Shown: piece by piece, positions 47,484 through 57,253 of the stretch | Layout: every line of letters starts with the position of its first letter | Numbering within the stretch: the stretch's first letter is position 1 | Notes under the pieces: generated by a model | Databases searched by the model: none | Seen by the model: the letters and a program-made list of their open reading frames with translations, nothing else | What the model was told of the DNA's origin: nothing | Translations under genes and position numbers: made by a program | NCBI GenBank assembly: GCA_964599625.1 | Contig: CAZRGC010000003.1 | Span: 97,759 to 161,758 of the forward strand | Direction: 5' to 3' | DNA from: an uncultured Gammaproteobacteria bacterium | GTDB taxonomy: Bacteria > Patescibacteriota > Microgenomatia > UBA8517 | DNA: 64,000 nucleotides

Positions 47484-48065
47484 ATGAATTCAAACACAAT
47501 AGTAATTTTGGGAACCCTGATTGGTGCAATTGGCTCGATCTTTTATCTTGTCGACGTTGTTAAGGGAAAAATAAAACCCAATCGGGTTTCTTTTATTCTT
47601 TGGTCACTCCCACCATTGATATCTGCATACGCAAATATTAAAAGTGGCGGTGGAATTGAATCTTTAATGACTTTTAGTGTTGGTTTTTTTCCACTGCTTA
47701 TATTTTTGGCAACTTTTCTCAACAAAAAATCCGTTTGGAAACTTACCAAATTTGATTTTGTTTGCGGCGCACTTTCACTTTTGGGATTCCTGCTTTGGCA
47801 GGTAACAAAAGAAGGATATTTGGCAATAACTTTTAGTATAGTTTCCGATTTTTTGGCTGGAATTCCCACCATAACAAAAACTTACAAACACCCAGAAACG
47901 GAACTGGCTTGGCCCTGGTTGATGCCGGTCTTGGGAGAAATTCTTACACTTTCCACACTTGGGGATATTACTTATCTCAACTCAGGTTTCATGATTTACG
48001 TAACTTTGTATAACACAGTCATTTTTCTTTTGGCGCAGTATAAAATCGGAAAGATATGGAAATAA
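47484..48065 (+). CDS. integral membrane protein, hypothetical
   Basis: 193 aa with about six TM helices. Confidence 0.45.
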   Translation: MNSNTIVILGTLIGAIGSIFYLVDVVKGKIKPNRVSFILWSLPPLISAYANIKSGGGIESLMTFSVGFFPLLIFLATFLNKKSVWKLTKFDFVCGALSLLGFLLWQVTKEGYLAITFSIVSDFLAGIPTITKTYKHPETELAWPWLMPVLGEILTLSTLGDITYLNSGFMIYVTLYNTVIFLLAQYKIGKIWK

Positions 48066-48562
48066 TTAAACTACCTGTTTCAGAGTGGAAAAGTTATAAA
48101 GCAATAAGGCTTCGAGCTCTCAAGGAAGACCCTCAGGCATTTGGAGCCTCATACGACGATGCGGTCAAATTTGACGAGTCCGAATGGAGACGCAGGCTTG
48201 AAAATGCCGAAAATTCGGACAGAAGTTGGTTATGGTTTGCACAAGAAAACCAGAAAATTGTAGGCCTTATTGGGGCATATATGGAAAAAGGTGCAACAAA
48301 TGAGGCAACTATAGTTTCTGTTTTTGTTCCCAAGGAAGAAAGAGGGAAAGGAATATCGAGCCTTTTGATGGATAAGATGATATCCGAACTTTCAGCTAAA
48401 CCATATCTCAAAAAAATTAATTTGACTGTGAACAAAGACCAAGTAGCGGCCGTAAATCTTTATACAAAGTTTGGTTTCGTAAAAGTCGGTGAGCAAAATT
48501 TTAAAATGGGAAACGGTCAGAAGGCTGTGGAATTTGTTATGGAAAGACAAATTAGCACTTAA
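48056..48562 (+). CDS. GNAT family N-acetyltransferase
   Basis: Acetyl-CoA motif A is VFVPKEERGKGISSLLMDKM. The size is 168 aa. Confidence 0.7.
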   Translation: MEIIKLPVSEWKSYKAIRLRALKEDPQAFGASYDDAVKFDESEWRRRLENAENSDRSWLWFAQENQKIVGLIGAYMEKGATNEATIVSVFVPKEERGKGISSLLMDKMISELSAKPYLKKINLTVNKDQVAAVNLYTKFGFVKVGEQNFKMGNGQKAVEFVMERQIST

Positions 48563-48606
48563 GGTCTGTCATTGATAACTTAGTTGCGATATAATTCAAC
48601 TTCGGT

Positions 48607-49890
48607 ATGTTTGAACAAATTTTGAATTTCTTCAAGAAAGCTGTAACCACACCTTCTATTAGGAAGAAGCTTCTGGTTACCGCGGTTATCCTTGTTGTAT
48701 TTCGTTTGGCAGGACATATCCCGGCCGCAGGAATAGATCGCAATACACTCACCGCACTCTTTTTGGGAAGCCCTCTTCTTTCGCTTTTGGATGTGTTTTC
48801 CGGAGGAACTCTTGCAAACTTTTCTATTTTGGCCTTAGGGCTTAACCCTTACATCAATGCATCCATTATTTTGCAGCTTTTGGGTTATGTAGTTCCATCG
48901 TTGGAAGCCTTGCAAAAAGAGGGTGAGTACGGCCAGGAGAAAATAAATCAGTACACAAGGCTTTTGACAGTGCCTCTTGCGGCTCTCCAGGCGTTTGGTA
49001 TGTACGCACTCCTTAAGGGGCAAAATGTAATTTCCAATCTTGCTCCTTTGGAACTTTTGGCTTTGGTGATTACGATGACAGCCGGAACTGTTTTCTCGGT
49101 TTGGTTGGGAGAGCTGATTAGCGAGTATGGATTTAAAAATGGAGTTTCCCTGCTAATTTTTACAGGAATAGTAGCAAGACTTCCTGTTGTTTTGGGACAG
49201 TCGGCCAGTGTTGTACAGTCGCAGGATATTCTGAAAGTAATTCTCTTCCTGGTTGTAGCAGCTTTGGTTGTGGGAATGATTATTTTCATAAGTGAAGCTT
49301 CCCGCAAAATCCCAATACACTATGCAAAAAGACGCACCGACACAGGTTTGGGGGCAACTTCCTATTTACCACTAAGACTCAATCAAGCAGGTGTGATTCC
49401 TATCATATTCGCGGTTTCATTGGTTTTGATACCTTCGCTTATGGGTCAGTTTTTGGCCAACATTCCAAATGCTGCTGTTGCGAATGCTGCCAGATTCATA
49501 AGTACTGCATTTAATCCCCAGTCTGTTGTCTATAACCTTACATATTTTGTTTTAGTGTTTGGTTTCACTTATTTTTATACAGCGGTTATTTTCAATCCGG
49601 ATAAAATTTCCGAAGATTTACAAAAAGGTGGAGGTTTTATTCCGGGAATCAGACCCGGAAAAGAAACATCCAAATATTTGTCTTTCGTTTTGTCTCGTTT
49701 GACAGTGGTTGGAGGAGTGTTTTTGGGTTTGGTTGCTGTCATGCCTTCTTTCTTTCAAAATTCGATTGGTGCCAGTAATTTAGCAATTGGAGGAACTGGG
49801 GTGTTGATTGTTGTTTCTGTGGCTTTGGAAATTGTCAGAGAAATGGAAGGTGAGTTGGTAATGGGTAAGTATGAAGGTTTTCTAAGATGA
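48607..49890 (+). CDS. secY: preprotein translocase subunit SecY
   Basis: 427 aa with 10 TM helices and canonical SecY blocks. Confidence 0.96.
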   Translation: MFEQILNFFKKAVTTPSIRKKLLVTAVILVVFRLAGHIPAAGIDRNTLTALFLGSPLLSLLDVFSGGTLANFSILALGLNPYINASIILQLLGYVVPSLEALQKEGEYGQEKINQYTRLLTVPLAALQAFGMYALLKGQNVISNLAPLELLALVITMTAGTVFSVWLGELISEYGFKNGVSLLIFTGIVARLPVVLGQSASVVQSQDILKVILFLVVAALVVGMIIFISEASRKIPIHYAKRRTDTGLGATSYLPLRLNQAGVIPIIFAVSLVLIPSLMGQFLANIPNAAVANAARFISTAFNPQSVVYNLTYFVLVFGFTYFYTAVIFNPDKISEDLQKGGGFIPGIRPGKETSKYLSFVLSRLTVVGGVFLGLVAVMPSFFQNSIGASNLAIGGTGVLIVVSVALEIVREMEGELVMGKYEGFLR

Positions 49891-50519
49891 ACATCATTTT
49901 AATTGGGCCTCAAGGGTCCGGAAAAGGAACTCAAGCAAGACTTATTTATGAGAAGTTTAACTTTTTTTATTTTGAGTCTGGGGCCTTCTTGCGAAAAATT
50001 GCCGAAAACAATCAGGAGCTGAAAGAAGCATTGGCCTCTGGTATGTTAGTACCAGACAGGGAAATGACATCATACCTTTCTGCTTTTTTGGATCAGGAGG
50101 GTCTTTATGACGATGTGATTTTTGACGGGTTTCCAAGAACTGTTGACCAATTTAAGTTTTGGAGAAAATGGCTTGAAGACAAAGAGGTGAAATTGGACCT
50201 AACACTCCTTCTGGTTATTAGCGAGGACGAAACAGTCAGAAGACTGTCGGCAAGAAGGCTCGATCCCGCCAGCGGGGCCATATACAATTTGGTGACAGAT
50301 CCCCCACCCAAAGAAGTAGACATTAGCAAATTGGTTCACAGGGACGACGACAAACCCGAGGCAATTAAAAAAAGGCTTGCTTTATACAAGGAACGCACAG
50401 AACCCCTGATAGAGGAACTCAGGAGTGTGTCAGAGGTTGTGGAAGTCAGCGGAGAACGACCAATTGACGAGATTGCCAAGGAGATTAGAAAGATTATAGA
50501 ATACCGCCTCAGGTCATGA
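49887..50519 (+). CDS. adk: adenylate kinase
   Basis: P-loop [11 protein letters not shown], with a LID domain lacking Cys. Confidence 0.93.
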   Translation: MNIILIGPQGSGKGTQARLIYEKFNFFYFESGAFLRKIAENNQELKEALASGMLVPDREMTSYLSAFLDQEGLYDDVIFDGFPRTVDQFKFWRKWLEDKEVKLDLTLLLVISEDETVRRLSARRLDPASGAIYNLVTDPPPKEVDISKLVHRDDDKPEAIKKRLALYKERTEPLIEELRSVSEVVEVSGERPIDEIAKEIRKIIEYRLRS

Positions 50520-51265
50520 TTACAATTAAAACTGACGAAGAGATCAAAATAATGGCGGAGGGTGGCGCCAAACTTGGACGGGTTAAAAACTCCCTCAAAG
50601 AAGCGGTGGCTTCGGGTGTCAGGGCCTCTGAGATAGACAAGTTGGCCGTTGAGCTCATCAAAAAGGAGGGAGCGGAAGTGGCATTTAGCAAAGTGAAAGA
50701 CTACAAATGGGCTACCTGCATAAATGTAAATGAGAGTCTGGTGCATGGAATTCCCCATGACTCAATAGTTTTCAAAGATGGCGATGTTGTTTCAATAGAT
50801 GTTGGGGTTTATTACAAGGGCTTTTTTACCGACACTTCTATATCTACAGTCATCAACCCTTCTCCCGAAGTAAAAAAATTTGTGAATATAGGAAAGATGG
50901 CTCTTGAGAAGGCAATATCCAAAGTAAGGATTGGAAACTATATATACGACATCTCAAAGGTGATCGAAGACGCCGTCGAAGGTGCAGGCTACGCAACAGT
51001 CAAAGCCCTTGTGGGGCATGGTGTGGGGCGTGAGCTTCACGAGGATCCGCAGATACCATGTTTCGTTCCCGGCAAACGTGAGGAAAGCCCGGAAATCAAA
51101 AAGGGTATGGTTTTGGCCGTGGAGGTAATGTATGCTATGGGAAGCGATAAAGTGGCCATCGCCGAAGACGGGTGGACAATTGTTATGCGTGATGGTAAAA
51201 TATCAGCACTTTTCGAGGAGACAGTGGCAGTAACCGAAAAAGGCCCTAAGATACTGACTCTTTAA
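50516..51265 (+). CDS. map: methionine aminopeptidase type I
   Basis: A pita-bread fold with conserved metal ligands (D…D…H…E…E context). Confidence 0.92.
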   Translation: MITIKTDEEIKIMAEGGAKLGRVKNSLKEAVASGVRASEIDKLAVELIKKEGAEVAFSKVKDYKWATCINVNESLVHGIPHDSIVFKDGDVVSIDVGVYYKGFFTDTSISTVINPSPEVKKFVNIGKMALEKAISKVRIGNYIYDISKVIEDAVEGAGYATVKALVGHGVGRELHEDPQIPCFVPGKREESPEIKKGMVLAVEVMYAMGSDKVAIAEDGWTIVMRDGKISALFEETVAVTEKGPKILTL

Positions 51266-51316
51266 GTTAGTTATATCCACGTAAAGTAGGTAGTCTAAGG
51301 CTATCTGTGTCAAAAA

Positions 51317-51532
51317 ATGAAAACGACAAGCGTACTGGAAGTTGACGGAACAGTTAGTCAGGCCTTGCCCAATACAATGTTTAGGGTTGATTTGGCTGAC
51401 GGCCGAGAGGTCTTGGCAACTTTGAAAGGCAAAATGAGACGAGCCTATGTCAGGATTTTTCCGGGCGACAGGGTTAAAGTTGAAATGACACCTTTTGACG
51501 AAAAGAGAGGGAGAATAGTTTTTAAGTATTAA
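51317..51532 (+). CDS. infA: translation initiation factor IF-1
   Basis: A 71-aa S1-like protein with canonical IF-1 sequence. Confidence 0.95.
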   Translation: MKTTSVLEVDGTVSQALPNTMFRVDLADGREVLATLKGKMRRAYVRIFPGDRVKVEMTPFDEKRGRIVFKY

Positions 51533-51565
51533 AAAGAGAAAGGAATTTATATCAATAAGATAGCT

Positions 51566-51679
51566 ATGAAAGTTATAAGCTCAATCAAGCCAAGATGTAA
51601 GGACTGCAAAATTGTCAAAAGACGAGGGGTGCTTTATATTATTTGCAAAAATCCTAGGCACAAACAGCGTCAAGGTTAA
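51566..51679 (+). CDS. rpmJ: 50S ribosomal protein L36
   Basis: Translated manually because it is under the 60-aa ORF cut-off: [37 protein letters not shown]. It carries the C-x2-C…C…H zinc ribbon. Confidence 0.9.
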   Translation: MKVISSIKPRCKDCKIVKRRGVLYIICKNPRHKQRQG

Positions 51680-51689
51680 TTTTAAATAA

Positions 51690-52100
51690 ATGAGAATTGT
51701 AGGTATTGATTTACAAGACGGTTGGAAGGTAGACTACGCTCTGACAAAAATCAAGGGGCTTGGATGGACATTGTCCAGAAAAGTCATGAAAAGCGTAGGA
51801 GTTGATTTGGCAAAAAGAGTTTCAGAACTTACAACCGACGAGGTTAGCAAGATCTCTGCAGAGCTCGAAAAATATACAGTAGAAGGAGATTTGGCCAGGG
51901 TTGTCAGAGGTAACATTCAAAGACTGCAAGTAATCGGATCTTATAGGGGTTTGAGACATTCCAGAAATCTTCCGGTTAGGGGTCAAAGAACCAAAACTAA
52001 CGGTCGTACAAAACGAGGTAAAAGAAAGACAGTTGGTGCATTCAAGAAAGAAGTTCTTTCCAAGATGGCAACTGCCAAAGCTGAAGACGCAAAGAAATAA
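51690..52100 (+). CDS. rpsM: 30S ribosomal protein S13
   Basis: MRIVGIDLQDGWKVDYALTKIKGLG. Confidence 0.95.
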   Translation: MRIVGIDLQDGWKVDYALTKIKGLGWTLSRKVMKSVGVDLAKRVSELTTDEVSKISAELEKYTVEGDLARVVRGNIQRLQVIGSYRGLRHSRNLPVRGQRTKTNGRTKRGKRKTVGAFKKEVLSKMATAKAEDAKK

Positions 52101-52109
52101 TTTATTTAA

Positions 52110-52490
52110 ATGGCTACAACAACTAAAAATATTAAAAAAGAATCCAAACTCGGAAAGATTTACGTTTCTGCTTCGTTCAATAATACATTGGTTACCATTA
52201 CAAACGATCGTGGGGAAACACTCGCTTGGGGTAGCTCAGGTGCGTCAGGTTTCAAAGGAACAAGGCGCGCAACTCCTTATGCTGCAACAACTGCAGTTGA
52301 GAAAGTCTTAGGAAAAGCTAAATCTGAATTTGGTGTTGAAGAAGTTGAGATTTACGTAAAAGGTCCCGGACCGGGCAGAGATGCCGCACTGCGTGCTGTA
52401 AGAAGCACTGGGGTTAAAATCAATTTGATTGCGGACATCACACCGGTTCCACACAACGGACCAAGACCCAAGAAAAAGAGGAGAGTGTAA
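52110..52490 (+). CDS. rpsK: 30S ribosomal protein S11
   Basis: A 126-aa protein with canonical S11 sequence. Confidence 0.95.
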   Translation: MATTTKNIKKESKLGKIYVSASFNNTLVTITNDRGETLAWGSSGASGFKGTRRATPYAATTAVEKVLGKAKSEFGVEEVEIYVKGPGPGRDAALRAVRSTGVKINLIADITPVPHNGPRPKKKRRV

Positions 52491-52520
52491 GCAAATAAAT
52501 AAAACAAAAATAAAAAAGAC

Positions 52521-53120
52521 ATGGCAAAATACGTAGGACCAAAAGATAGACTTTCAAGACGCGAAGCGTTTGATATTTTTAGTGCTGGAACAAAACTCAC
52601 AAGACTCAATGTTCCGCCCGGGGTTCATGGGCCAAAAGGTTCCAGATCTTCTTCCCAATACGGAAAGCAGCTCAGGGAAAAACAAAAGGTCAAAAGAATG
52701 TATGGCATTATGGAAGCACAGTTCGAGAGGTATGCAACCGAAGCTTTCAAATCCAAAGGAAACACAGGTGAAGCACTTCTATCTGCTCTTGAGAGACGTT
52801 TGGATAGTGTTGTCTACAGACTTGGCCTTGCTCCCAAAAGGACATCTGCAAGACAGCTTGTTTCTCACAGACACGTGCTCGTGAACGGAAAAAAGCTTAA
52901 TATTCCTTCGTACAAAGTCATGGTGGGGGATACAATTTCCCTGGATGGTAAGGGTATGAATATTCCCGAAATCAAAAAAAGCATCGACAATGACGAGTAC
53001 AAAGCCCCTGAGTGGTTGGAAAGAAAAGCTGCAGCAGGAAAAATGGTTAGAGAGCCAAAAAGAGGAGATATAACAGAACCTATCAGCGAACAGGACATAG
53101 TAGAGTTTTATAGTAGATAA
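52521..53120 (+). CDS. rpsD: 30S ribosomal protein S4
   Basis: A 199-aa protein with an S4 domain. Confidence 0.95.
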   Translation: MAKYVGPKDRLSRREAFDIFSAGTKLTRLNVPPGVHGPKGSRSSSQYGKQLREKQKVKRMYGIMEAQFERYATEAFKSKGNTGEALLSALERRLDSVVYRLGLAPKRTSARQLVSHRHVLVNGKKLNIPSYKVMVGDTISLDGKGMNIPEIKKSIDNDEYKAPEWLERKAAAGKMVREPKRGDITEPISEQDIVEFYSR

Positions 53121-53198
53121 AGACAAATTGAGGCTATTTTGTGCCTAAATAGGCAATTTCAGAATTGGTGTTGAAAAACACTTAAATTAGGTTTAAAA

Positions 53199-53224
53199 TA
53201 GCTCAATTCCCAAGAAATCTTGGG
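53199..53224 (+). terminator. hairpin + T-rich tract between rpsD and rpoA (possible intra-operon attenuator)
   Basis: cccaag-aaat-cttggg followed by acttttattt. Confidence 0.4.
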
Positions 53225-53251
53225 ACTTTTATTTGTAAGCGAGTTAATAAT

Positions 53252-54169
53252 ATGAACGAACCAATGTTTGAGATCAAAGAAGAAGGAAAGTCGGCAAACT
53301 ATTCAAAGTTTGTGATTTCTCCTTTGGAGAGGGGTTACGGACTTACAGTCGGAAACTCTCTCAGGAGAGTTTTATTGACCAGCCTTTCCGGAATTGCAGT
53401 TACTTCTGTTAAGATTGCAGGTGTTAAGCACCAATTCTCAAGCCTTAGCGGCATGAGAGAGGATGTAGTAGAGTTTGTTTTAAACCTCAAAAAAGTCAGA
53501 TTCTCCGGAGACATAGATAAAGTAACCAAAGCCACAATCGAAGTAAGTAAAGAGGGTGAATTCACAGCAGAAAACATTAAAGTTTCAGGAGGGGTAAAGG
53601 TTGTTAATCCGGAACTGGTACTAGGAACACTCAACAAGGGGACAAAACTTTCTGCGGAGCTCACAATCGAAAAAGGAGTAGGTTTTTCTCCCGCGGAAGA
53701 TAGATCAGTGGAAACAATTGGACTTATCCCCATGGACGCATCTTTCTCTCCTGTCAAAAGAGTAAGCTACAAAATCGAAGAGACACGTGTTGGACGCCTT
53801 ACAAACTACGACAAACTTATTTTGGAAGTCTGGACAGATGGCACAATGGACGCCGCAGATGCAGTTACCGAATCTGGTAAAATTTTGGTTTCTTACTTTG
53901 GACAGGTGGTAAACCCCAAAAAAGTAGAGGAAGCCGAAGTCGAAATTAAAAACGACCTTGGTTTGGTGGGTAAACTCTCTGTAGAAGAAATTGGACTCCC
54001 AACAAGAGTCGCAAATGCTTTAATCAAGGCTGGTTTTGAAACAGTCGAGCAATTGGCATATGCCAAGAAAGAAGATTTGGTCAAAGTCAGAAACTTGGGA
54101 GAAAAGTCCCTCAAAATTATAGCGGCTGCACTCGGAACAAAAGGAGTCGAGTTCCAGGCTATAAAATAA
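53252..54169 (+). CDS. rpoA: DNA-directed RNA polymerase subunit alpha
   Basis: An N-terminal domain plus a C-terminal domain (…RVANALIKAGFETVEQL…). Confidence 0.95.
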   Translation: MNEPMFEIKEEGKSANYSKFVISPLERGYGLTVGNSLRRVLLTSLSGIAVTSVKIAGVKHQFSSLSGMREDVVEFVLNLKKVRFSGDIDKVTKATIEVSKEGEFTAENIKVSGGVKVVNPELVLGTLNKGTKLSAELTIEKGVGFSPAEDRSVETIGLIPMDASFSPVKRVSYKIEETRVGRLTNYDKLILEVWTDGTMDAADAVTESGKILVSYFGQVVNPKKVEEAEVEIKNDLGLVGKLSVEEIGLPTRVANALIKAGFETVEQLAYAKKEDLVKVRNLGEKSLKIIAAALGTKGVEFQAIK

Positions 54170-54215
54170 TAGTCCCGAACTTCGATTTTCTACATTCTGT
54201 CTTAAATTTCATCAC

Positions 54216-54695
54216 ATGAACAAGAAAGTCTTTGGAAGAAAATTGTCCAGAAGCAGGCCTGCAAGAGAAGCTTTATTTGCCTCAATTGCTCGCGCAATGC
54301 TTCTTAATGGAAAAGTTGAAACAACCAGGGCCAAAGCCAAGGCTACTCTTGGCATGCTTGAAAAAATGGTAACAGTTTCCAAAAAGGGAACAGTTGCAGG
54401 TATGAGGCGTGTTTTGGCAGATCTGGATAATCAAAGAGATGCTCTAAACGCTTTGTATCAGGAGGTTGCACCATCGTTTACAAGGACGTCCGGTTTTATC
54501 AGACTTATCCAACTTCCAAACAGGAAGGGTGACAATGCCCAGATGGTAAGGATGGAATGGACTGATAAAATTGTCAAAAAAGCCGTGCCCGCCGGCAGGC
54601 AGGAAAAAGTTGTTAAAGAACCTAAGAAAAAAGAAGTTAAAAAAGTAGAAAAATCGGCTAAAAAAGTAGCAACAAAGAAAGAAACAAAGAAATAA
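54216..54695 (+). CDS. rplQ: 50S ribosomal protein L17 (Lys-rich C-terminal tail)
   Basis: An L17 core followed by a KKEVKKVEKSAKKVATKKETKK tail. Confidence 0.93.
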   Translation: MNKKVFGRKLSRSRPAREALFASIARAMLLNGKVETTRAKAKATLGMLEKMVTVSKKGTVAGMRRVLADLDNQRDALNALYQEVAPSFTRTSGFIRLIQLPNRKGDNAQMVRMEWTDKIVKKAVPAGRQEKVVKEPKKKEVKKVEKSAKKVATKKETKK

Positions 54696-54696
54696 A

Positions 54697-55116
54697 ATGA
54701 AAACATACCAGCCATCATCCAAAGAAATCACAAGAACCTGGCGTGTAATGGACGCCAAGGATAAGATTTTGGGTAGATTCGCCACAGAAGTTGCAATAGC
54801 ACTTACAGGCAAAGACAAAGTTACCTACAGCACACATATGGATTCTGGTGATTTTGTGGTTGTTTTGAACTCCGAAAAAGTAAAGGTAACAGGCCGAAAG
54901 GCCTCTCAGAAAGTTTACAGAAGCCATTCTGGATACCCAGGTGGTTTTCGAGAAAGAAAGTTCTCCAAGGTTATGAACGAACATCCTGAGAGAATCTTGG
55001 AAAATGCAATTTCCGGAATGCTTCCTGACAACAAACTCAAAGCCAAAAGAATGGCAAGGCTCAGAGTTGTGGTAGGTGACAAAAATCCGTATTCGGATAA
55101 AATTGAGAAACAATAA
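54697..55116 (+). CDS. rplM: 50S ribosomal protein L13
   Basis: A 139-aa protein with canonical L13 sequence. Confidence 0.94.
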   Translation: MKTYQPSSKEITRTWRVMDAKDKILGRFATEVAIALTGKDKVTYSTHMDSGDFVVVLNSEKVKVTGRKASQKVYRSHSGYPGGFRERKFSKVMNEHPERILENAISGMLPDNKLKAKRMARLRVVVGDKNPYSDKIEKQ

Positions 55117-55118
55117 CT

Positions 55119-55523
55119 ATGGCAAAGAAACTTGATTACACATACGCAATTGGTCGCAGAAAAGAATCCCAGGCAAGGGTGAGGGTATACCGTGGCAAAG
55201 GAGAAAACACTGTTAACGGAATGCCGGCATCAAAATATTTCGAGGGTGAACTTTTCCAAAAAATGCTTGCAAAGCCGATGGGTGCAACCGAAACATCCGA
55301 CAAGCATTATTATTCCGGACGCGTTGTGGGCGGCGGGAAAATGGGACAGCTTTCCTCGTTGATCCTGGCACTTTCCAGGGCTTTGGTAAAGATTTCTCCC
55401 GAAAAAAACAGAATAGTTCTTAGAAAATTAAATCTTCTCACCCGTGATTCCAGAATCAGACAACGAAGGATGGTTGGAATGGGTGGAAAAGCCCGCAGAA
55501 AGAAACAATCTCCAAAACGTTAA
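55119..55523 (+). CDS. rpsI: 30S ribosomal protein S9
   Basis: A 134-aa protein with the canonical C-terminus …RRKKQSPKR. Confidence 0.94.
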   Translation: MAKKLDYTYAIGRRKESQARVRVYRGKGENTVNGMPASKYFEGELFQKMLAKPMGATETSDKHYYSGRVVGGGKMGQLSSLILALSRALVKISPEKNRIVLRKLNLLTRDSRIRQRRMVGMGGKARRKKQSPKR

Positions 55524-55567
55524 CGGTTTTCTTTTTCCATAGCTTCACTTTGTAGTACAATCTTTCT

Positions 55568-55939
55568 ATGGTAAGTGATCGTATTTTGGCAGAGGCTAAA
55601 AAATATATACCTGAGTGTGACTACATCGTAGATCTTTTTGACCTAATGTTTATTTGGGTTAGCGACAAAGCACTAAAGGAGACAGGTTTTACCAAGGATG
55701 AGATTTTGAGGATGCGAAACCTTGATCTTATAGCCGAAGGAATGTATTCCGAAGTTGACTTGCGCAAGCAACTTATTGAAAGAATTACCAAAAAACAGGG
55801 CGAAAACACTTACATTCTCAAAACCGCCAAGGGTCTTTTGAATGTGCGTTATCAATATCAGGCATTTCAATTTGATGGCGGCTGGTACATAACGGGAAAG
55901 ATTTTGGAAACCTCCCCCGCCCCAAATCCTCAGTCTTAA
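55568..55939 (+). CDS. hypothetical protein
   Basis: 123 aa with no confident family. A PAS-like fold is possible. Confidence 0.35.
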   Translation: MVSDRILAEAKKYIPECDYIVDLFDLMFIWVSDKALKETGFTKDEILRMRNLDLIAEGMYSEVDLRKQLIERITKKQGENTYILKTAKGLLNVRYQYQAFQFDGGWYITGKILETSPAPNPQS

Positions 55940-55954
55940 GTTATAATTTTTACA

Positions 55955-56998
55955 ATGTCAGAACCACTTTATGATCCGACGGTTTTGGAAAAATATGAAG
56001 TGCCGGAAGCTTTCCGTTATTCGTTGGACGAAGAAGAGGTGACCAACGAAGAAATTTCGGCTGTCAGGCGTTTGGTAAGGGAAAATAAAATAGAGCAAAA
56101 AGGAGCATTTGCAGCAGGTATTAAATACGCGAGGCAAGAGATAATAGCGCTGGAGAATGATCTGGGTCTGGTTCAGAAAGATGAAAGGTCGATGCAAGTA
56201 GCTGTCTTACCCGACGCAGTATTTGAAAAGGCATACTTTGATCTTACCCGTCAAGAAGCCGGAGACAGTGGTGGCGGTTATGCAAACGCACTGGGAAGTG
56301 TTGTATTAAGAGCAAGTACCGACCCTGCATATATAAAATCTTCAATGGTTTACCACGAGTTTGTACATAAGTTTATAGATAAGCATATACAGGTTTTTTC
56401 CAAGGTAAGACGCCCAAGTGGCAGAATTGCCCATGATTATGTAGATAGAAGATCGGGTCTATCGGTGGAAAATGTAACCAAAGAAAGCTCGGCAAAAGGG
56501 ACAAAACCCCGCGGCGAACTTTTGAATGAGCTGGGAAACTACATGGAACAGCATAGGTTTATTTTAAATATATTGGATAAGCCCGAATTTGCTGAAGAAA
56601 AACAGAGGCGCGAGAAACTTCTCAGATCGATGGGTTTTGGAGAATCGGGAGGGTTTTGGATAGCAAATGTCAAAAAGCAGGATGGGAGTACATTGCAGAT
56701 AAACCTTGATAGAGACAGTATTCATATTGACGAAAACGGGGATTTTAATCCCGCAACCCTGTTTTTTTATATGCAACTTGCAACGGATTTGGGAAAGGCA
56801 TGTGACCCACAAAACGATGGGGCGGCTTTCAGGAAGCTTCTTTTGGATTGTAAAGTTGATCCCTCAAAACAAAACGAACTCAGAAAGATGGTGGATATGG
56901 GAATGGGAGAGGGTTTTTACACCAGATTAAAGTCGGCGGGTTACCAATCGGACGATGAACTTTTAGACCTCATTGTAGAGGTGCAATCCAAACTATAG
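55955..56998 (+). CDS. hypothetical protein with HExxH motif (putative zinc metallopeptidase)
   Basis: MVYHEFVHKF is the only recognisable motif. The size is 347 aa. Confidence 0.35.
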   Translation: MSEPLYDPTVLEKYEVPEAFRYSLDEEEVTNEEISAVRRLVRENKIEQKGAFAAGIKYARQEIIALENDLGLVQKDERSMQVAVLPDAVFEKAYFDLTRQEAGDSGGGYANALGSVVLRASTDPAYIKSSMVYHEFVHKFIDKHIQVFSKVRRPSGRIAHDYVDRRSGLSVENVTKESSAKGTKPRGELLNELGNYMEQHRFILNILDKPEFAEEKQRREKLLRSMGFGESGGFWIANVKKQDGSTLQINLDRDSIHIDENGDFNPATLFFYMQLATDLGKACDPQNDGAAFRKLLLDCKVDPSKQNELRKMVDMGMGEGFYTRLKSAGYQSDDELLDLIVEVQSKL

Positions 56999-57180
56999 TG
57001 AAACCTATTGTGTGGTAAAATAGGCTCCTACGGGGTGTAGTTTTAGCCAGCAGGCGAAATACACACTTTAGTCTTAGTTACAAACGGGGTGTAGTTTACC
57101 CGGTAAGCTTCGATGGGTCCCTTCCCATCTCAGGTGCTTTGCACCAAGCTTGGCCAGTAATCTCCACCCCTCGCATAGCT

Positions 57181-57253
57181 CGGGGTGTAGTTTACCGGTA
57201 GAATGGGCGCATGGGGTGCGTCCGGACTGAGTTCAATTCTCAGCACCCCGACC
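57181..57253 (+). tRNA. tRNA-Pro (anticodon GGG)
   Basis: A hand-folded cloverleaf. The acceptor is cggggtg/caccccg. The D-arm is gttt-accggta-gaat (A14, G18G19, A21). The anticodon arm is ggcgc-atGGGgt-gcgtc (U33). The variable loop is 4 nt. The T-arm is ctgag-TTCAATT-ctcag. The discriminator is A, followed by CC. Confidence 0.8.

Noticed and set aside
57031-57253. tmRNA (ssrA) hypothesis for the GGGG…TTCAATT…CACCCCGACC unit
   Set aside because: It is only ~220 nt. No tag-peptide reading frame with a resume codon and terminal hydrophobic tag was found. The 3' 71 nt fold as a complete canonical tRNA-Pro by themselves.
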